A stretch of 64,000 bases of DNA, from contig BROI01000001.1 of NCBI GenBank assembly GCA_027923505.1, positions 310,001 through 374,000 on the forward strand. The letters are read 5' to 3'. This document shows positions 10,626-20,161 of this stretch, in pieces. Each line of letters starts with the position of its first letter. Position 1 is the first letter of the stretch. The notes under the pieces were generated by a model, which was given only the letters and a program-made list of their open reading frames with translations, did not search any database and had not been told where the DNA came from. The stretch comes from Mayamaea pseudoterrestris. Its lineage: Eukaryota. The translations under genes and the position numbers were made by a program.

Positions 10626-12881
10626 TCACTTGACTTTTTTCTCGCCATCTGTCAACGATCTAACCCAGCTGACTGTTTCTAAAAGGCCGCGCATAAATGA
10701 TTCTGCATCGTCGGTGGATTGTGGTGCCACAGATATTCCTCGTTGTCTTTGGATCCAGCGCGAAACGAGATCGCCGGGTGTGAGCTGGCCGTTGATGCGT
10801 GATTCAAGAAGCTGGTGTTTTTCTACGACGCCGCTCTCTGGACTCAAAACGTATTGCGACAGCAAGGTGAGCTTGAGAGGAACTCCCCCGTCAGGTATAA
10901 TTTTCGAAACGTCAAGTCCGGGAATATTGATCAGCGGCGGTGCCTTGAAATATAATGATAACGATAGTTGGACATTTTGATTGACCGTCAATTCGACCTT
11001 GATATCCGGTTCTTTTTCAGAGATAAGTTGACCAGATCGCAGCGCAGCCCTTAACGAGGCAACAGAGAAACCAAAGCTCCGTTCGTAGGAAGAACGACCG
11101 CGCAGTAATGTCTCGCCCAAATAGCCTAACAACACCAGATTTTCCGATAAATATTCGTAACCTGGTGGATGGGTCGAAGTTAGTGACGTGTCGACAATAG
11201 ACGGGCATTCCGTTAGAAGCGCCTCCATGAAACGATAGATCCTAGCTGCCGCAGCATCCGATGGTTTCATTATAGAAACATCGACATCCGTTCCGCCGTC
11301 TTTGCTAGGATCACTTGTTAAAGCATTACCAGCCATTCGTCGAAGAAAATCATTCCAGAGTCCATCATACATGTCATCGCCAAGACGTCCAGTCTGCGTG
11401 GCAGTTGCTAAACTCCGATAAAAGAGTGATGACTCCTGTGGGCTCTGAACAGAATCTCCGAACCTTAGCTTCGTCTGTTGAATCTCTTGTATCTCAACTC
11501 TGCATCCGTTCAAACTATCAATTCGGAGCAATTTAAACACATCGGTGCCTCGCAGATTCACGACGCTTGCAGCACCTGGTGCGTTACTTTCCGCGCGATA
11601 GTCAATTTGTATTGTGGGCGCGACATCGTTCCACTCCAACACTTGAATCCTTTCCAGGCTCCAGTTGACTAGCGTCCGTTTTCTCCATGCGGAGAGTGAC
11701 TTGTAGAAACTTACCAACCGATCAGCGCCTTGCAAAAGGACGGTGCCATCTACTGTCGTAAGACGAGCATCAGGCGCAAACATGGAATTTGACAAGGCTA
11801 TAGATCGTGGTTCGGCTAGCGCAGGAATAGTGTCCGTGACAAATGCGCGAATCATCTTGGCCGTGACTGCATAGTCATTCCAAGCGGTCGATCCAGGAAG
11901 TGGAACTTTTGTCGTTGAATTTGGGAATAGACGAGGACGCTCTGACAAATCATAATCTTCCAGTGCGCACAGCCCAGTAGGAGCATCCAACATGCTATTC
12001 GTTCGGATAAATATTGGAGCTGCTTGACTAAAAGGCAACGGCAGTTCTCCATTACTTGAAGAGAATTGTTGAAAGAAACCACTTCGAACTTGTTCAAAAA
12101 GCCCAGACGCAACTGGATTCACAAGCTGCGCCAGCGGCGACTCTTGAACAGTCTTGACGCTGCGCCGCAATGTAGCCAATGACTGTCCAATCCGACGAGC
12201 ATCTTGATCTTGGCCATTCCATTGGACGCGCAGCAACCGATGCTTGGCTATTTTGGACGAGTCTGGATCAATCTCAAGCTCCGAGTAACCAATCAACTGC
12301 GCGGCAGCTCCATCTGATCCAGCATTACCAAGTGAAAAGAATTCAGTCTCCCATTCGACAATTACTTTACAAAGGTCTGATGGAAGTAGAATCACTTGGG
12401 ACTTTATTCGAGGTGTAAATGCTCCTGCAGCTGCATCATCTGAACTGGATGGAACAAAGGTCGATAGCAAATTTGCCGCTCTCGTTGACGCCGCGACGGC
12501 CAGCAGAAAGGTATTACTTAAAACCAAAAGCTCGTCCAAGGAGGATGCCAGTTCAATATCATCTTCGCCGGCAGTGAGACGTGTATTTGTCGTGTAAGCT
12601 ATCTCTGCTTGTTCTTTCGTCAATGGCTCGGAGAGAAGAACGGGAATCTGTCGACATAGCTCCTGTAGCGTTCTATGGAGACCATCCAAACGATCAAATT
12701 CTTCAACGATCCCTTCAACAAAGACTTTGTCGGCTTGCTTGGAGGCTTGTAACGTCGTATAGTGGCCGAATGGGGCGCAACGTTGTCGGATCGAAGGAAA
12801 CAGAAACGGTGATGGCGCGAAGGAAAAGCTTCGTCTGCAGTGCGCAATTAAGATCAGCGACCACAGCAACTCACGCAGCAT
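10626..12881 (-). CDS. Probable plastid-targeted protein (~751 aa) with NTF2/SnoaL-like segments
   Basis: ATG 12881 gives signal peptide MLRELLWSLILIAHC followed by SFSFAP (ASAFAP-like). MFAPDARLTTVDGTVLLQGADRLVSFY and YLSENLVLLGYLGETLLRGRSSY resemble SnoaL-like starts; the fold is inferred. Confidence 0.7.
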   Translation of the reverse strand: MLRELLWSLILIAHCRRSFSFAPSPFLFPSIRQRCAPFGHYTTLQASKQADKVFVEGIVEEFDRLDGLHRTLQELCRQIPVLLSEPLTKEQAEIAYTTNTRLTAGEDDIELASSLDELLVLSNTFLLAVAASTRAANLLSTFVPSSSDDAAAGAFTPRIKSQVILLPSDLCKVIVEWETEFFSLGNAGSDGAAAQLIGYSELEIDPDSSKIAKHRLLRVQWNGQDQDARRIGQSLATLRRSVKTVQESPLAQLVNPVASGLFEQVRSGFFQQFSSSNGELPLPFSQAAPIFIRTNSMLDAPTGLCALEDYDLSERPRLFPNSTTKVPLPGSTAWNDYAVTAKMIRAFVTDTIPALAEPRSIALSNSMFAPDARLTTVDGTVLLQGADRLVSFYKSLSAWRKRTLVNWSLERIQVLEWNDVAPTIQIDYRAESNAPGAASVVNLRGTDVFKLLRIDSLNGCRVEIQEIQQTKLRFGDSVQSPQESSLFYRSLATATQTGRLGDDMYDGLWNDFLRRMAGNALTSDPSKDGGTDVDVSIMKPSDAAAARIYRFMEALLTECPSIVDTSLTSTHPPGYEYLSENLVLLGYLGETLLRGRSSYERSFGFSVASLRAALRSGQLISEKEPDIKVELTVNQNVQLSLSLYFKAPPLINIPGLDVSKIIPDGGVPLKLTLLSQYVLSPESGVVEKHQLLESRINGQLTPGDLVSRWIQRQRGISVAPQSTDDAESFMRGLLETVSWVRSLTDGEKKVK

Positions 12882-12985
12882 TGTTCCTTGGCTTTGGTTC
12901 GTCTTATGAAGCAAATGGTGCAGCAAAGCGAGTGTTATTATAGACCAAATCTTCGATGGAGTGCCCGAAATAATGGCAATCACGT

Positions 12986-14323
12986 GAGGGGCGAAATTAG
13001 CGGGCGTCGTTTCGTCGTTTCATCGTTTCAAACCCCCTCGAAACAACAAGTCACCCGGAGATCCTCCGTTTGAAACGACGAAACGACGGGAGCGCCGTCG
13101 TTTCGTCGTTTCAACGTTGTTTCAACGTTGTTTCATCAAATACACCATCATGGAGGTTAATCCCGTGGACCAAATGTACCAGAAACAATCAATAATGATA
13201 TAGAAGATATAGTTTGAGCTCATTGCATGTTTGGGTTCTCTATAAAGCCCTGAAAGGCGAAAGTATCACCTTGAGCGATGCACCGCGCACCGCGTTCTGT
13301 CGAGCGTGTCGACGACTCCATGCTGGTACCATCCAGCGCTCATGCAACTGCTTCATTGGCCTCCACATGTATCATACTAGCAGTAAAGTAATTCAAAGAC
13401 AAGCGCAAGCGGATGCCTTTGGCGTTGCTCCAGTGAGGTTTGCACGCATGGTCTGCAACACGCTCACACATTCCACCCAGTATCCTCCTTCCAAGCAGGG
13501 CAGAAGCAAGTCAAAGGTTCCTACTAATTATTGCGCTTCTTTCCGCTGATAAGAACAAGCAAGACTGGTGTCCGATGTAGTTACACTGTGGTTGAGCAGC
13601 TTCATTAGGCCATTTGCTGTTGCTTCCGTCGTGCCTTCCTCCTTCCTTTGCTTCGACATCAAAACTCTGCACAAAAAGCAAGACTTTGTGAGTGGCATTC
13701 ACAGCTACTTGTATCTTTATCTGCTGTTCTAATTCATTACGCTTGGGGGAATGCTGGGATATGTGTACGTGGTCCATGAAAAGAATCTCAAGTTTTGGCG
13801 GCGCCTTGCCAACGTTGAGCTTATGATCCCTTTGAATGAGCCTACGTAGTAAAAGCAGCAAGTTACTTCTGTAGATATTACTAGTAAATGTATTGTAATT
13901 TACAACTGTTGATATCATCTAATGTCATGATGGCAAATGTCGACGACTGACAACAAAAGCGCAACAAACGCGTCAACTTGTACGGCGTACGCCACGGGAG
14001 CAAGAAAGAATGAAACCATCGATCTTTCACTATACAATCTCAAGCATTATAGAGAAGCCATCTGACGAAACAGAATGTTAATAGCTTTACAACGAAGCAA
14101 GATATGCACTGGTTTGTGCGGGACCAATCCATGTCGTGTTTTGATCGTGGGTTTTCAGTCCCAGAAATGAAGAGGGTTAAGAATTGATGACGTGTAATGA
14201 CGTTTTGCTTTGAACCAATGAAACAACGAAACGACCGCTAAACTCACGGGCGCGCGTTGTTTCAAGCGATGAAACGATGAAACACCCAAAACGACGAAAC
14301 AACGCCCGCTAATTTCGCGCCTG
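12986..14323. mobile_element. Non-autonomous TIR DNA transposon (MITE/hAT-like), ~1.34 kb
   Basis: 35-bp terminal inverted repeats at 12986-13020 and 14289-14323 (32/35 identical). Many subterminal GAAACRAY/RTYGTTTC units at both ends. No transposase ORF and no clear TSD. Confidence 0.85.
13070..13114. repeat. Perfect 20-bp-stem hairpin inside the left subterminal region of the element
   Basis: TTGAAACGACGAAACGACGG-gagcg-CCGTCGTTTCGTCGTTTCAA. Confidence 0.95.
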
Positions 14324-14664
14324 AAGCGGTTGACAGAATTTAGAAACCACTGCGACTTTGTCGAAATCTTTCAGCTACCTCTATTGTGCGTGCTCGTACC
14401 GGTACCGGTATGTATCATATCACATTATTCCGCACAGGGCGCAAAATTGCAGCAGCAACGGTTGATCTTGGCATGTCGCTATTCATATTTATATTACGTA
14501 GAGTGAAGGATTATTACTTTTATTTGGAGCACTACAAGCAATTGACTCAGTATTCTCTCGCCGGCAATGATTTAGTAAGGTGCTTGCTGCACGTCACATG
14601 TGGGATAAGTTCCGCACAACGCAGTATGATTCCTCCACTATTCGATATCATTCCTGGGCAAACA

Positions 14665-15474
14665 CTAAGCCATATAGTACACCAAGTCGCAGGTGTGAAA
14701 TAATACTGCAGTGCAAGGAAATAGCACATCTAGCCATGATCGCTCGGTTGGCAACATAGGCAGCCAAAAGTAGGGGTACACTGACAAAAAAGCATAATTC
14801 TCAATACCAATGGCCATTTCGTCAAGTCTACCGTAAAATCGGTTCGTCGAGTAGCGTAGCAAGAAATGCCAGCGGTTGCCACGGCAGCAACGAACAATAT
14901 GGCTGGCCCCATTGTTGTTGCTTTGTATGCAGCCGCACCGTATGCCATCAACACAAACTTGATCAAAGCGGCAATTCTCATGTGATCGTTGTTGATAAGC
15001 GGAAACGACGCACCTGCTTGCTCTTGGCATTGGTGACCGGTCGTCAAAGTCTAACAAGAGGGACAAGCTTAACACGAACACAAGAATTTTGTCGGAATGG
15101 CGGCAAAACCACGTCGTAACCCTTTGGCAGGTTGTCAACACCAGAGCCGACGCGGCCAGTAACAGTAACTGTGCCAATACAATGGCGTACACGCGGGCTG
15201 TAGAACGAGGTATATAGTTTGAGACAACAACAAATACAGGTTGGAATTTTGATGATCGATGTAGCTTACCAGTAGACGTTGGCGATGGCATGTTTTCTGC
15301 TCCGCTCTGAGTCAGAGCTTTGACATTCGTCCCTAGTGGGTTTGTATTGAGAGTAGACAAGACACCGCTTCGTTGCGTCACGGCTGCAGGTTGCAGTGCC
15401 CGTTAAGTCTTGTGCCAAAAGCATGATGCCCCAACGGGACAACTTAGAAGCCACAAGGCAACAATGGAACGCAT
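14665..15474 (-). pseudogene. Probable decayed Bax-inhibitor-1/TMBIM-family membrane protein gene
   Basis: ATG 15474 gives a signal peptide (MRSIVALWLLSCPVGASCF), then an in-frame TAA at 15403-15405, then ARVYAIVLAQLLLL in the same frame. AVATAGISCYATRRTDFT lies in another frame, implying frameshifts. Confidence 0.5.
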
Positions 15475-15807
15475 TTTAAAGAGTAACAGCCAGTGCAAGG
15501 TAGTCAGATGGATCAAATGAAGATGGATATAATGGTTGCAGTCCAAGTTGGCGTGAAAACGAGTCTTCGCAAATAACGTCGCTGTCAATTTTCGCGCAAA
15601 AGTCGCAGGGACACACCAGCGTACCTCTCGTCACAAGCTGCTGACCGCGCTTCGGTAGCAAGTTGCATCGCTCTCCTTGCCCCTGGCCCTGAGTATATAC
15701 ATGTAAACATCCGTATGTGATACAATAACTCACAATTGTTGACATGTTCGGGAAAGTTGACGCGACTTGTTATTGCTCCATCATCGTGCCCAGCGAATTT
15801 AAGAGTG

Positions 15808-16758
15808 TCAACCAATACCTCTACTACCGCCATTAACTTTTCTCTTTGTCTGCTTCTTTTTTATTGGCTTCTTGCCCGCGCCACCCTTTGCCGTGCTCGT
15901 CGCTGCCGTTGCCTGCTGCTTGCGCAGGCGACTAAGCCAGTACCCTTCGCCATACGAGACAAAGATTTCCTCATTCGTGGAAATGTTCTTGGTTGCAACA
16001 GCCGCATAGTGACATTCTTGAATTGGAACAATGGCGGCATTGTATTTACGCATCGTTCGTTGCGAGTAGTCTGATCGCGCCGCCAACGAATCCTCCAGAC
16101 AGGCTGCGCCATCATTCATCATGTGTCCCAAGTAGGCGGCGTCATCAATCAGCGTAGAATCTGCCACTAAGGATGCAGTGTCGCTCAGTTTAATTTCATA
16201 GTTTCGAGCATCGTCGCATGTAGCTCTAGTGGCGTTGCGATTACTTACGTGATTGCCGAACAGAACGCCAACGTCACCCGAAAAGTCTCCCACTTGCTTG
16301 CTCCAGAGTAGCAAGGCATCACCAGGATATAGTGTTATGAGTTCATTTTCAGCAATGTCTTGACTCGCAAAGAGACCTTGACCGGCGTTAGGAATGCTGC
16401 TTGGTCCAACGTGACATTTACGCAGAGTCAAGTTTGGCAGTCGCGTGCGAAGCATGGCGCGGCGAACGTCTTGTTGCGACATTTCCTTGGTCTTGTTGTA
16501 ATGCTCCAAGACACCTTGGAAACGTGACGATAGTTCTTCAAGTGTCAAAGTATCGTGTTTGATGTTATTTCTTGAATCATCTGAATGAGTTGCAGGCTGC
16601 AGCTGCAGCTGTTCATTGGTGCGGTGAAATGATCGACGATGCGATTTAAAATACGTTCCTTGTTGAATTAGAAAAGCGCTACCAAACCAATCTTTCCATA
16701 AATTGACGAGCAATAGAACGATAATAGTCGTCGAGTATGATCCTATGAAAGTCCTCAT
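15808..16758 (-). CDS. SET-domain protein-lysine methyltransferase, likely plastid-targeted
   Basis: VGPSSIPNAGQGLFA, LGHMMND and ATKNISTNEEIFVSYGEGYW SET motifs; hydrophobic signal followed by GSAFL. Confidence 0.85.
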   Translation of the reverse strand: MRTFIGSYSTTIIVLLLVNLWKDWFGSAFLIQQGTYFKSHRRSFHRTNEQLQLQPATHSDDSRNNIKHDTLTLEELSSRFQGVLEHYNKTKEMSQQDVRRAMLRTRLPNLTLRKCHVGPSSIPNAGQGLFASQDIAENELITLYPGDALLLWSKQVGDFSGDVGVLFGNHVSNRNATRATCDDARNYEIKLSDTASLVADSTLIDDAAYLGHMMNDGAACLEDSLAARSDYSQRTMRKYNAAIVPIQECHYAAVATKNISTNEEIFVSYGEGYWLSRLRKQQATAATSTAKGGAGKKPIKKKQTKRKVNGGSRGIG

Positions 16759-17064
16759 CTTTTTCTTGGTGGGCTCGTCGCTTGTTGCTTGTTTCGCTCT
16801 GTTGCTTGGTTGTCGGAATCCGCATCATGTCCGATGAGAACCTCTACGACTCCGTTCCATCGGATCGGATGAGTCAGCTTCGGATCCGACAGAAACCGTC
16901 AACGGAAAATAGAATCGAGCGCCGAACGCCAGCCGTCCCGTACCGTTCCTACGTGCTCTACACAACCCTTGATGTCGAGCCAAAATCGCTTCTCTCACTT
17001 TTCGCCATTCGACCAATTTGAACCATCACATCAACGACTCTCTCGCAATAGTTGCTTTATCACC

Positions 17065-18389
17065 ATGCCGGTCTCTTCTCTTCTCCTTTCTAACAGCTCT
17101 ACCATCGGTCCAGCCATGTCTGCCGTGACTCCGCAAAAGAGCAGGCCCTCGTCGACGATCGAGTTTTCGTCCATGGACGACTTGGCGCATGCATTGCCAG
17201 CCGTCGTTTCACCTTCCGCAAGCTACGCATCGGATCACCACAGTGTCAGCTCACACAGCAGTGAAGAGGAGGAGGAATTGACCGTTGATCCCATTATCAA
17301 GACGGCGCACAAGCTACTTGAGGAGCGTGGCTTTGCGACGCCAGAGCCATTGCTGCAGGAGAACCCAAATCGCTTTGTTTTGTTTCCCATTCAAGACGAT
17401 GATGTACGTAACAACGACAACAAGAACCAATGACAACATACTATATTCAGTCTCTCACATATAAATTCCCTCCCTCTTCAAAACAGATTTGGCAAATGTA
17501 CAAGAAAGCCGAAGCTTCCTTTTGGACGGCCGAGGAGATTGACCTTGCCTCGGACCTGCAAGACTGGCAGTCGCTTACCTCCAACGAACGTCATTTTGTT
17601 TCCCATGTCCTCGCCTTCTTTGCCGCTTCGGATGGCATTGTCAACGAAAACTTGGCCGCCAACTTTGCCACAGAGGTGCAGTCGGCCGAAGCTCGCTGCT
17701 TTTACGGCTTTCAGATTGCCGTGGAAAATATTCATTCGGAAACTTACTCGTTGCTCATTGACACGTACATTCGCGACGCGCAGGAAAAGACTCGTCTGTT
17801 GACGGCGATTGAAACTGTGTCCTGCGTCCAAAAGAAGGCGCGCTGGGCCTTGCAGTGGTGCGAGCGCAACTACAGTTCCTTCGCCGAGCGGTGTATTGCC
17901 TTTGCGGCTGTCGAAGGAATATTTTTCAGTGGAAGCTTTTGCGCCATTTTCTGGCTCAAGAAGCGGGGACTGATGCCCGGTCTTGCCTTTAGCAATGAGT
18001 TGATCAGTCGCGATGAAGGTTTGCACTGCGACTTTGCGTGCTTGTTGTACAGCAAGCTCATCAACAAGCTACCTCAGGAGCGAGTCCTTGAAATCATTCG
18101 CGACGCTGTTGCCATTGAACAAGAGTTTGTCGTAGATGCCTTGCCGGTTGAGTTAATTGGAATGAACTCGGGCCTCATGTGCCAGTACATTGAGTTTTGC
18201 GCTGACCGCCTCCTGGTTGCACTTGGATGTGCAAAGTTCTTCAAAGCGACAAATCCGTTTGACTTTATGGACATGATCTCCCTCCAAGGCAAGACCAACT
18301 TTTTCGAAAAGCGCGTCGGAGAGTACGCCAAGAGTGGAGTCGGCGAGAAGCAGGACCAGCACTGCTTTGCTCTTGACGAGGAGTTTTAA
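17065..18389 (+). CDS. RNR2: Ribonucleotide reductase class Ia small subunit; exons 17065-17403 and 17487-18389
   Basis: [58 protein letters not shown]-terminal LDEEF; in-frame GT..AG intron 17404-17486. Confidence 0.97.
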
Positions 18390-18582
18390 ATATCGGGCAA
18401 TTTAGAGGGGAGCACCATGTCGCATAGCATGGGCCATGAACAAAGACACGTTAGTTTTACATAACATCAACAAGCTTTAGTCAACAATAGTTGAATTAGC
18501 CTTGCACTTTATTCAACCATGCGCTTTTTACAACTCTTCGAATATATATCAACTACCGGTAGTAAGGTGATCTTTCATTCAT

Positions 18583-19851
18583 TTACCACCCATACTTTTG
18601 TTTCGCATTGGCTCGATACGACTTGGCCGCTCCGGACGCGCCCTCCCGCTGGTACTGCTGCCGGCGGTGCTCCTCCAACTGCGCTGCCGCCGCCATGACG
18701 TGATTAATTTGATTCTTGCCGCGGCCGCGCGACTGACCAGCAGTAACAGCTCCCGCGGATGGATCATACATTTGTGTTGGAGCAACATGAATGCCAAGCT
18801 GGGAGGGAGGAGCCGCAGATAGCGAGGCGGCCGATGGATGGTACTCGCTCGGGTCGTTGGCTTGGAGCGAAAGGTCCGTTTCGACAGCGTCCAAATGGCC
18901 ATGGCGAAGGGCTCGTTCCAGTTCCTTGCGCGAGCGTTTCCGAGGGTTATTATTGTCGTTGCTGGAGTGGAAGGCATCGTTGCCATTGTCCGTTGCGGCG
19001 TCGTCGTCGTCGTCGTTGTAATCCGATTGAGCGTACTCGTGATAGGAAGAAACATTTGACGAGCCGCCTGTCGGTGGATCAGGGTCGACTTGCATAGCAG
19101 CTCGAGGCGCCGCCGAGACTCGCATGACTGCTGCCGGACGAAATGATCGTACTCCTGCTGCAGCATTCATAGTCTGGGGCGCTGGTGATGGCGGTCCATC
19201 CATTGGCGGAGCTTCGTCCGTATCTACCGGTAACGAGTCTGATCCAGTATCGTTTCCGACTTTTGCGGCCGCTTCATCATGAACACTGTAAACTGCTTGC
19301 TCTCCAGATTCCTTCAATGACTTGCGCTCGACAGTGGTAGTTGCCGTCATGAAGGCTGCTCCAAGTGACTCTGATTGATTGTTCTTTGTAGCATCACGAT
19401 CTGACTTTTGCTTGGACGACGGCGCCGCCATGTATTTGTTCTTTGGCGCAGCGTTGAGCTCCGACAAGAGACTGGATAGTTCCGGATCGCGTTGCACGTG
19501 CGGCTGGCGCATCGATGTAGAAGAGGATAAATCTTGCTTACTGTCGTGTCGTGCGAGAGGGCGGCCAGCTTCGTCGTCTGAATCATCGTCGTCATCATCA
19601 TCGTTCCCCTTGACTTGCGACTGCGTGAGCTGATCAATAATATGCCGCGGCAGTACTGCAGCAAGTGAAATCAACTTCTTGCCCTTTTTGTTTGTAACAG
19701 CAGTTGCTGGCAAATTCGAAGGAGATGCATTAACAGCACCTTTGGTTGGTACAACAGCCTCATCCGCAGTCGACTTGCGCTCGGCCTCCTTCCGTGTCTG
19801 CGTCTTTTTGCTTTCATCATCGGACGAGGAATATCCGTCAAGAAGATCCAT
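18583..19851 (-). CDS. PRCC-like protein (spliceosome-associated, PRCC C-terminal domain)
   Basis: MDLLDGYSSSDDE start; C-terminal RGKNQINHVMAAAAQLE...RANAKQKYGW matches the PRCC C-terminal pattern. Confidence 0.75.
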   Translation of the reverse strand: MDLLDGYSSSDDESKKTQTRKEAERKSTADEAVVPTKGAVNASPSNLPATAVTNKKGKKLISLAAVLPRHIIDQLTQSQVKGNDDDDDDDSDDEAGRPLARHDSKQDLSSSTSMRQPHVQRDPELSSLLSELNAAPKNKYMAAPSSKQKSDRDATKNNQSESLGAAFMTATTTVERKSLKESGEQAVYSVHDEAAAKVGNDTGSDSLPVDTDEAPPMDGPPSPAPQTMNAAAGVRSFRPAAVMRVSAAPRAAMQVDPDPPTGGSSNVSSYHEYAQSDYNDDDDDAATDNGNDAFHSSNDNNNPRKRSRKELERALRHGHLDAVETDLSLQANDPSEYHPSAASLSAAPPSQLGIHVAPTQMYDPSAGAVTAGQSRGRGKNQINHVMAAAAQLEEHRRQQYQREGASGAAKSYRANAKQKYGW

Positions 19852-20161
19852 GGTTGGTGTCAAACCTTGAAAGTATTGATTTACTGTTACGGCAAAAGAA
19901 GTCGTGCAACTTTTTTGTGTCATCTTGGTTGGGCGGCGTCGTCAATGTGATGTCACATCAAGTACCGGTACGATTGCTAGCTATGTTCAGCATAAAAATG
20001 TCACCGCAGAGCTTTTTTAGTGACCAAATTCAAAGTATAAGATTGATAAATCAGTGTATTTACAGGCTTTATCTACCGGTATATACACGTTTGCGTGAGA
20101 GACAGAAGCAAAGTCGACTTGTCTATAATAGTCAATGTCGCGTACGCCGAGTGAAGCATAA

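Noticed and set aside
12882..12983. Non-ATG N-terminal extensions in the ORF track (here and for cyclin H, TatD, MSS51-like, Rad1 and others)
   Set aside because: The track uses bacterial GTG/TTG starts; the first suitable ATG gives family-typical or targeting-peptide N-termini.
13005..13135. CRISPR-like or iteron array
   Set aside because: Units are 8 bp without unique spacers, the context is eukaryotic, and they are explained as transposon subterminal repeats.
13214..13918. ORFs 13214-13549(+) and 13511-13918(-) as transposase
   Set aside because: Short, with no recognisable DDE, BED or hAT dimerisation motifs.
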